Part shown: positions 29,325-35,803 of the stretch, one piece after another
How positions within the stretch are numbered: the stretch's first letter is position 1
How the letters are laid out: each line of letters opens with the position of its first letter
Virus record (IMG/VR): IMGVR_UViG_3300005805_000212
Span: 1-38,157 of that record
Length of the DNA stretch: 38,157 nucleotides
Direction: 5' to 3' (one strand)
Source of the DNA: a virus
Lineage: Duplodnaviria > Caudoviricetes
Position numbers and translations under genes: made by a program
The notes under the pieces: model-generated
What the model was told of the DNA's origin: nothing
What the model saw: only the letters and a program-made list of their open reading frames with translations
The model's database searches: none

Positions 29325-29466
29325 GCCAAGCGCTTTGCTTATTGGCACTCTTATTGTGCTTCAGGACACGGCTGCTAGTCGGTCTGGTGCTGGACTGTAC
29401 ATCAGAGCAGGCATAGCAACCCTGTTGATACTTGCGTTCATCTACGCAAGGCAAGCAAGCAAATAG
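29311..29466 (+). CDS. 51-aa membrane protein (not in ORF track)
   Basis: RBS TAGGAG; two hydrophobic segments. Confidence 0.5.
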   Translation: MMNNEPSALLIGTLIVLQDTAASRSGAGLYIRAGIATLLILAFIYARQASK

Positions 29467-29470
29467 CGCT

Positions 29471-29532
29471 GAGAGACTACGGGTAGGCAGCAAGTACCCT
29501 CCTAACCTCCTGAAACCTGCCCGTAGTCTCTT
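29471..29532 (+). ncRNA. Hairpin with double anti-SD loop (terminator and/or sRNA)
   Basis: 16-bp stem 29472-29487/29516-29531; 28-nt loop containing CCTCCT twice. Confidence 0.6.
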
Positions 29533-29600
29533 GTTATCAGCCCAAACCTCGTTGCGCTACCGAAGTTGCGTGCTAATACGCACATGCGCCTGCGACCCCC

Positions 29601-29644
29601 CGAACAGCCGTTCGCTTGACGGGGTCGCTGGGCTGCCGTACGCT
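29601..29644 (+). promoter_or_regulatory. LexA-type box + promoter 2
   Basis: CGAAC-AGCC-GTTCG (29601-29614), TTGACG (29616-29621), N17, TACGCT (29639-29644). Confidence 0.85.
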
Positions 29645-29697
29645 GGGGTTGCCGTCGGGAAACTCCCTTCGGCAAGCATCTAGGAGGGTGCTACATC

Positions 29698-29979
29698 ATG
29701 AACAAGCAAGATGAACAAGCAATGAAGCAACTGGAGGGTGCTAAGCAACAACTGTTGCGTGGCACTTGGACAAGTCCAGACACCACAGCCAAGAAGGAAA
29801 CTTGGTACATTCAGTGCCATGAGACCCAAGTGGCTGGTAAGCCTGAGGCTGGTCGGATTGTCTATGTGACGAAGTCACGGGGCGCATTCCAGTTGGTGGA
29901 ACTGGTAGAGAACAAGGGTGCTAAGACCGACAAGAACGGTCTGGCTGTGTCTCTCTGGACTGCCAAGGTTCTTGCCTAA
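29698..29979 (+). CDS. Small protein, paralog 1
   Basis: RGTWTSPDTTAKKETW...VTKSRGAFQLVEL; RBS TAGGAGG. Confidence 0.8.
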   Translation: MNKQDEQAMKQLEGAKQQLLRGTWTSPDTTAKKETWYIQCHETQVAGKPEAGRIVYVTKSRGAFQLVELVENKGAKTDKNGLAVSLWTAKVLA

Positions 29980-29994
29980 CTGAGCAAGGGAGTT

Positions 29995-30023
29995 GGGGGG
30001 AGGCGCAAGCCTCCCCCCTTCTT
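29995..30023 (+). terminator. Intrinsic terminator
   Basis: GGGGGGAGGC-GCAA-GCCTCCCCCC followed by TTCTT. Confidence 0.8.
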
Positions 30024-30076
30024 GCGCTACCGATGTTGCGCGTGAATACGTGCAACGTGGGGGTATGTGGGAGGGG

Positions 30077-30121
30077 CGAACAAGTGTTCGGGTTGACAGT
30101 CGGTGGTGGGGCGAGTACCTT
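30077..30121 (+). promoter_or_regulatory. LexA-type box + promoter 3
   Basis: CGAAC-AAGT-GTTCG (30077-30090), TTGACA (30093-30098), N17, TACCTT (30116-30121). Confidence 0.85.
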
Positions 30122-30176
30122 GATGAGTGCCGAGGGGAAACTCCCCAAGGCAAGCCCTCTAGGAGGGGGGCTCAGT

Positions 30177-30464
30177 ATGGCAACAGCAAAAGAACAGAGA
30201 CTTGACGGTCTCAAAAAGGCAATTGGCAATATCCCGCGAGGCAAGTGGTACTCGCCAGATACCACGACCAAGAAAGAGACATGGTTCGTATCCGTGGCTC
30301 AAGGCCAAGCGGTGGGAATGCCAATTGAGGGCGACTACGTATGGGTCGCCAAGAGCCGAGGTGCATTCCAATTGGTGGAGGTCACCACTCAAGCAGGGGA
30401 GCACGTCGACAAAGAGGGACTCAAGCGAGCCCTCTGGAATTGCAAGGTCGTGAACGACCTCTAA
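30177..30464 (+). CDS. Small protein, paralog 2
   Basis: RGKWYSPDTTTKKETW...VAKSRGAFQLVEV; start ATG 30177 after TAGGAGG. Confidence 0.8.
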   Translation: MATAKEQRLDGLKKAIGNIPRGKWYSPDTTTKKETWFVSVAQGQAVGMPIEGDYVWVAKSRGAFQLVEVTTQAGEHVDKEGLKRALWNCKVVNDL

Positions 30465-30471
30465 AAACCCC

Positions 30472-30519
30472 GAGGGGAGGGGTCCGAGCCGAGAGGCTCG
30501 GGCTCCTCCTCTTTTTTTT
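30472..30519 (+). terminator. Strong intrinsic terminator
   Basis: GAGGGGAGGGGTCCGAGCC-GAGA-GGCTCGGGCTCCTCCTC followed by a T8 run. Confidence 0.9.
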
Positions 30520-30664
30520 GCCCAGATGGAACTAGGGGTATGCCGCTACCGTAGGGGGGTGGGGAGTCAATATACCCGTCCTCTCTATAGAGCCATTTCT
30601 TGGGTAGCCCAAGGTTAAGAGTCAGATTTATCTTTTGGCTTCGGCTTCTACTGGTTGCAACTGT

Positions 30665-30842
30665 TCTTAGCCCCCCCAAGTTCTGTTTTACGTCTGAACC
30701 CGTCTGTTCTGTATACCGAAAGAAGACGACAAGCAACGGTCCCCTTTTCAGGCCACCATCCCGTGCGGTCTAGCGATGCTGCCCTGGCTGTTGTAAGCGA
30801 GGAGGAATCTAACCGTTTAGGGTCCGTATTCGTTCTGTTGTG
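30665..30842 (-). ncRNA. Candidate minus-strand structured RNA (possible replication primer/origin RNA)
   Basis: Minus-strand promoter TTGCAA-N18-TGcTACCCT; several hairpins; G7 tract; no credible ORF. Confidence 0.4.
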
Positions 30843-30848
30843 CGCTAG

Positions 30849-30889
30849 AGGGTAGCAGGTCCTTCGGGTTTTTTGCAACCTGCTACTCT
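30849..30889. promoter_or_regulatory. Overlapping divergent promoters forming an inverted repeat
   Basis: AGGGTAGCAGGT...ACCTGCTACTCT; each arm reads as an extended -10 (TGcTACCCT on minus, TGcTACTCT on plus). Confidence 0.6.
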
Positions 30890-30899
30890 GTGTTTACCA

Positions 30900-31871
30900 A
30901 TGGCTCGCAAGCAGAATCCAATAAACGACATTGTGGACACGGTTGGTGCTTGGTTGGGTGGAAATCGTGGGACGGTTCAATCTACTGGGTCTGGGACTGT
31001 ACAGCGTGTAGATGCACAGTCGTTCAATCAAACCAGATTTGTAAACGGCAAACCTCAGTATCCTGAACCACAGTCGTTGAGGAATATGCCGTTTCAAAAT
31101 GCTGGCTATGACGACAAGTTCAACAAGCGTGGTCAAAGAGCGTCAACACAAAACATTCAAGAAAATATTGTTCCAGGTTACGAACGAAGTGCCGAAGTAT
31201 TCGTAAGGGATATTGGGACTGTTTATGTGAATCCTGCCTACATGTCGGAATACATTGACCCTCCTGGCACGGCAGACAGAAAGGAAGCAAAGGCAAAAAA
31301 ATTTGAAGGGTTGACTAAGCAACTTTCAAGTTTTGCTGAAGCAAATTCGAAGTATTTTGATAAAAATTTTGAGGTTCTTCCGTACCCAAAACGGGGGAAT
31401 CCAACGATGTATGGCAAAAAACAGGTTGACCCTCAAAAAACGTTACAACTGAACATTCAAACTGGACGTAAACCAGAAAATCCAAATGCTGTTGCGTGGG
31501 CGTCCACGCACCCACTTTCTATGCCCGTCCCAGGAAAAGGCATAAAATTCCAACAGGAGTCACCACGGCAAAAGGATATTGTGTTCAGTGTCGAACACAA
31601 TGATTTTAGTCGGCTTTCTCCCTACACGCCGAGTACTTTGCAGCACGAATTTCACCATTCTGTCGGTCTTGAACATTCAAAAAATTACAATGCGCCCCAC
31701 AAAGAGCAAGACAAGAACACGATTACTTCTTATGCCAAAGAGACCGAGTTGGAAAATTCCTCTCAAATGTTGCCGAGTGATGTCAACTTTTGGAAACAAG
31801 TTCAAAACACTGTGGATGTGAAACGTAGGGCTAAAAACGCTTACAAGGGCGTCGCCAAAAAGCGTAAGTAA
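30900..31871 (+). CDS. Metzincin-type zinc metalloprotease-domain protein
   Basis: HEFHHSVGLEH = HExxHxxGxxH; basic termini; looks AT-richer than the rest of the genome. Confidence 0.65.
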   Translation: MARKQNPINDIVDTVGAWLGGNRGTVQSTGSGTVQRVDAQSFNQTRFVNGKPQYPEPQSLRNMPFQNAGYDDKFNKRGQRASTQNIQENIVPGYERSAEVFVRDIGTVYVNPAYMSEYIDPPGTADRKEAKAKKFEGLTKQLSSFAEANSKYFDKNFEVLPYPKRGNPTMYGKKQVDPQKTLQLNIQTGRKPENPNAVAWASTHPLSMPVPGKGIKFQQESPRQKDIVFSVEHNDFSRLSPYTPSTLQHEFHHSVGLEHSKNYNAPHKEQDKNTITSYAKETELENSSQMLPSDVNFWKQVQNTVDVKRRAKNAYKGVAKKRK

Positions 31872-32239
31872 TGCCTGCTCGTCGTGCAAAAAAGTCTGGG
31901 GACGTGATTGTTGGTCCTTATGGTACGGTTATTCCCGCCATTGAAACACCGACTCTTGATTTGTCTAAGCAGCCGTCGGTTCCGTATAAAGGTGGTACGG
32001 CGACGATTCGCAGTATTGGGATTACGACTGGTCGTGGTGAGGTGTTGATTCCTACGGTGAATCGGGTTACGAGGAAGGTGATGTCGGATGAGGAGGCGAT
32101 TCGCCGTTTTGAGCGGACTGGTGAGCATCTTGGGGTTTATGGTTCTCGTGCTGCGGCTGATTTGGCTGCTTCTGTGTTGCATTTGTCTGAGCAGAACAGG
32201 ATTGGGAAAAAGTCTTCTCAAAGTAAAAACAAGCGATAA
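31871..32239 (+). CDS. Hypothetical protein with basic termini
   Basis: TAATG-coupled; TIRSI...EVLIPTV...SDEEAI...TGEHLG. Confidence 0.6.
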   Translation: MPARRAKKSGDVIVGPYGTVIPAIETPTLDLSKQPSVPYKGGTATIRSIGITTGRGEVLIPTVNRVTRKVMSDEEAIRRFERTGEHLGVYGSRAAADLAASVLHLSEQNRIGKKSSQSKNKR

Positions 32240-32284
32240 TGCCTGCTGGTCGTTCGGGGTTGCAGCATGTGCTACTCTTTTTTT

Positions 32285-32509
32285 ATGGCTGACAAGAAGA
32301 ACAAGAAGGGTTTGACCCGCGGGCAGATGGCTCAGGCTAAGCGTATGTCTGGTCAGGCTGGGGTGATTTTGGCCAATCAGAGGTACTTGGAGAAGTATGC
32401 AAACCCTGGTATTGGTTTGGTGTTCCCGAAGACTGGTCGCAAGTTGACGGTGTCTGAAGAGTTGGCTAACTTCCGTGCTGACCCTCGGTTGAAGAAGAAA
32501 AAGGGTTGA
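32285..32509 (+). CDS. Small basic protein, probably leaderless
   Basis: ATG 6 nt after TGcTACTCT; no SD. Confidence 0.55.
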   Translation: MADKKNKKGLTRGQMAQAKRMSGQAGVILANQRYLEKYANPGIGLVFPKTGRKLTVSEELANFRADPRLKKKKG

Positions 32510-32529
32510 CGTTAGGTTTCTGGCTCTAA

Positions 32530-34479
32530 ATGCCTAAGGGGAAACGTAATGTGGCGGCTGAAGACCGCGCTATTTTCTTTCAGGCTATTCAGTCTGGAAT
32601 GAATATGAAAGAGGCTGGCCGTTTGGCTGGCATCTCGTATACGACTGCCCGTAACTGGATGGCTCGGTCTAAGCAAACCAAGATTGAGTTGGATGAAGCC
32701 AAGTTGCAAACTGGGCGTGGCACTGGTGGTAATTCGCTTACCCGTGATTTGAATGCAATGCGGGATGTGCCACCTGTTATTCCTGGGTCTCGGCTAAAAG
32801 AACGCGCACAGCGTGGACTTGAGGATTTCGATTACTTTCGGCGCGTCTATTTGGGCCGTGTGCCATCTAACTGGCAGGTTGATGCCGCATACAAGATTGT
32901 TGAACGCTTGGAGAACAAGGACAAAAAGTTCCTTGTTTTGAATTGTCCTCCTGGCGCTGGTAAGTCAACGTTGTTTCATGACGTGGCTGTTTGGGCAATT
33001 GTGCGCAACCGTGCGGTTCGTGTGATGATTGGGTCGATTTCTCAAACGCTGGCAAAGATGTATAGCCGTCGTATTCGTGAGACATTGGAACGTACGGTGC
33101 CTCTTCGTCCCGACCCCGAGTTGGTGAAACGCGGGTTGGCATTGAACGCTGAAGCATGTTTGGCTTTGGACTATGGGCGCTTCAAACCCAACAACGCTGG
33201 TGCTTTGTGGCGAGCCGAAGAGTTCATCGTTGAACAGTATGCGGGCGGCGGCTTGGACAACAAAGAACCAACCGTGTCTGCATACGGTATCGAATCGGAG
33301 TTCATTGGTCACCGCGCCGATTTGTGTTTGTTTGACGACGTAGCATCTCCAGAGAACGCTAAGGAGTCGGTGGCTCGCGACAAGTTGATTGAACGTTGGG
33401 ACTCCATGGCTGAGGCTCGCGTGGACCCAGGTGGACTACTGGCTGTTATTGGGCAGAGACTGGGACCTCTTGACCTTTACGCACACTGTTTAGGAAAAGT
33501 GACGTATGAGGAAGAAGAGTATGACGGCGAAGATATTCGTGACATCTCCGACATTCCAGAACCAGTAAAAACCCACAAGTACGAACACCTGGTCTACAAG
33601 GCGTATTACGAAGAACTGGATACTGGTCCCGCTTCGCGACGCACAGATGCACCACCGTGGCCAAACGGTCCACTGTTGGAGCCGTACCGTTTGTCGTGGC
33701 GCGACCTTTCCTATGTGCGCCATTCCAGTCCGCAAAAGTTTGCCACCGTCTATCAGCAAGAAGACATGGCAGAGGGCAACTACCTGATTGAACGGGTTTG
33801 GGCAACGGGTGGCTTTGGTCCAGACGGGGTTCTGTATCCAGGATGCATCGACAAAGACAGACGCCCTGGTTACATCCCTGCTGGATTAGAACCACCCCTC
33901 ATTTCGATAGCAACCGTTGACCCGTCACCCACCCAGTTCTGGGCGCTGCAATGGTGGATTTACCAGCCAGATACGAACTTGCGATATTTGATTGACTGCG
34001 AGCGAATCAAACTGACAGCCGAAGACCTACTTGGGTACGACACGCAGTCGCGAACATATGGCGGAGTAATGGAGATTTGGCAGGAGCGGGCGTTCCAGTA
34101 TGGATACCCCATCTCGCACTGGGTTGTTGAAATCAACGCTGCCCAACGGTTCCTTCTGGCGCACGACTTCGTTCGCCGCTGGCAGGCTCTCCATGGCGTA
34201 ATGATAGTTCCCCACACCACCTCCAGGAACAAACTGGACGAAAACCTTGGCGTTGAAGCCCTGCTGCCACCCCTATGGCGTTCAGGCCAAGTGCGCCTGC
34301 CAACAATGGTTGACAACTGGAAAACGTTGGCTTTTGTGGACGAAATGACATCTTGGACTCGCGACAAAAAGAACGGCACCGACCTTGTTATGGCACACTG
34401 GTTTGCCGAACTACACATGCCGCAGTTGGGTCCAGTGCGTCGCCCACCCAGGATGTGGAGACCAACATGGATGGGTTAA
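32530..34479 (+). CDS. terL: Terminase large subunit with N-terminal HTH
   Basis: PPGAGKST Walker A, LCLFDD Walker B, VYQQ, TVDPS, VVEINAAQ, DLVMA nuclease motifs. Confidence 0.9.
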   Translation: MPKGKRNVAAEDRAIFFQAIQSGMNMKEAGRLAGISYTTARNWMARSKQTKIELDEAKLQTGRGTGGNSLTRDLNAMRDVPPVIPGSRLKERAQRGLEDFDYFRRVYLGRVPSNWQVDAAYKIVERLENKDKKFLVLNCPPGAGKSTLFHDVAVWAIVRNRAVRVMIGSISQTLAKMYSRRIRETLERTVPLRPDPELVKRGLALNAEACLALDYGRFKPNNAGALWRAEEFIVEQYAGGGLDNKEPTVSAYGIESEFIGHRADLCLFDDVASPENAKESVARDKLIERWDSMAEARVDPGGLLAVIGQRLGPLDLYAHCLGKVTYEEEEYDGEDIRDISDIPEPVKTHKYEHLVYKAYYEELDTGPASRRTDAPPWPNGPLLEPYRLSWRDLSYVRHSSPQKFATVYQQEDMAEGNYLIERVWATGGFGPDGVLYPGCIDKDRRPGYIPAGLEPPLISIATVDPSPTQFWALQWWIYQPDTNLRYLIDCERIKLTAEDLLGYDTQSRTYGGVMEIWQERAFQYGYPISHWVVEINAAQRFLLAHDFVRRWQALHGVMIVPHTTSRNKLDENLGVEALLPPLWRSGQVRLPTMVDNWKTLAFVDEMTSWTRDKKNGTDLVMAHWFAELHMPQLGPVRRPPRMWRPTWMG

Positions 34480-34504
34480 CGATTGTGCTACTGTTTTAGC
34501 AGTC

Positions 34505-35800
34505 ATGGCCAAAAAGAAGTTGACTCCATTCGAAAAGGCGCAACGCCAATTCGTTCAAGCACGTCTAGCCGAAACAGGACTTGAAGCATCGCCAGAGACA
34601 CGTCAGCGTTTCCGTCAACGGTTTGAAACCCTTGCCGCAGAAAAGCAGGGTCGCACCAAACTTGCACAAAAACTTCTCCCGACTGCAGCCCCAGAAGAAC
34701 GCAAGAACTTCAAGCGAATGCTTGCAACCGATTTGCCAGCCCGAGGAGACGTGGGTGGTGGCACTGGTGGTGGAACCACGCCGTCCTACAAAGTTCCTAC
34801 CGCAAAAGACATTACCGCTGGTTGGCAGCAAGCCGTTAAGAGCGGCTCATACAAGGTTCCAACCCCAGCCACAAAAGCGCCAACTGTTTCGACCCAGCAA
34901 ACATCAACGACGTCATCCAAGTCCAAGGGCAACGTCTTCACTAATCGCCGCCAAAACGTCATTGGCAAAGGCATCAACTATCCAGGCCGAACCTTTGTTG
35001 AAGGTGTAACAAACCCATTTGGCAACGTCGGCGCAATCAAGGACTGGTCACCTAAGGGTCTGGTAAAAGTTGCTGGTCAGGAACTTAGCGAAGCCGCAAG
35101 CATTGTATCCAGCGCTCAATTGACTGGTGCGGGATTGAAAGCCGTAACTTCAGTTGGACGATTTGCCGTAGGCGGTAAATTTGGTTTGAAGAACCTATTG
35201 TCGCGGATTCCAAAACTTGGCGATGCCAGCATCAACAGGTCTGGCGGTGTAGGCAAAGGACCTTACGGTCCGTCCGTGCCACCTGCGCCATCTGCGCCCG
35301 CTTCACCAGTTTCTGCTGCCACGTCTGCTGGGAAGTCAACGGCGCTACCCAAAACAACGTTGCGCCTAAACGCAAAAGGTGGATACGGTGGCAAGTCATA
35401 CGGTCCCCAAGTTCCCGCAGCAACAAAGCCAGCAGCAACGAAGCCAGCAGCCACGAAGCCAGCGACAACAAAGCCTGCTACGTCAAAGCCTGCTTCCACT
35501 AAGCCAAGTTCCAGAATTTCAGAAACCTTAAAAGGTGGCGACACAAAGCCCGCTTCCACAAAGCCCGCTTCCACAAAGCCCGCAAAGACCTCCAAAGCAG
35601 ATGCCGAAGACCTTGCTTACCAAGCAGCGCAAACAAAGAATCGCTTCCCTGGGGCAACAGAAAAAGACACGAAATTTATTAATGACCTGAATCGCGCACA
35701 GCAGGCAATTGAAAACAAGTCGCCAGGTTATGAGGGTTACGCAAACTGGTTAAAAAACCCACAGACGCAAGCCACTCTTCGCAGACTACGGAGAAAGTAG
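34505..35800 (+). CDS. Basic low-complexity protein with KPA(A/S/T)T repeats
   Basis: ATG 34505 after TGcTACTGT; Lys/Pro/Ala/Thr-rich. Confidence 0.65.
   Translation: MAKKKLTPFEKAQRQFVQARLAETGLEASPETRQRFRQRFETLAAEKQGRTKLAQKLLPTAAPEERKNFKRMLATDLPARGDVGGGTGGGTTPSYKVPTAKDITAGWQQAVKSGSYKVPTPATKAPTVSTQQTSTTSSKSKGNVFTNRRQNVIGKGINYPGRTFVEGVTNPFGNVGAIKDWSPKGLVKVAGQELSEAASIVSSAQLTGAGLKAVTSVGRFAVGGKFGLKNLLSRIPKLGDASINRSGGVGKGPYGPSVPPAPSAPASPVSAATSAGKSTALPKTTLRLNAKGGYGGKSYGPQVPAATKPAATKPAATKPATTKPATSKPASTKPSSRISETLKGGDTKPASTKPASTKPAKTSKADAEDLAYQAAQTKNRFPGATEKDTKFINDLNRAQQAIENKSPGYEGYANWLKNPQTQATLRRLRRK
35414..35585 (+). repeat. 15-nt coding tandem repeats (KPAAT/KPAST)
   Basis: Degenerate AAGCCAGCAGCAACG units, then near-exact ACAAAGCCCGCTTCC copies. 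Confidence 0.8.
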
Positions 35801-35803
35801 CCC

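Noticed and set aside
25261-30121. CRISPR array or integron attC array
   Set aside because: Repeats are promoter/operator elements separated by genes; no constant spacer length, cas genes or integrase.
30799-30810. Strong SD GAGGAGGA marking a plus-strand gene
   Set aside because: No start codon at a usable distance; better read as anti-SD on the minus strand.
30461-30878. Minus-strand ORFs of 91 and 76 aa and a plus-strand 66 aa ORF
   Set aside because: No convincing RBS, atypical composition, and they overlap a terminator and RNA-like hairpins.
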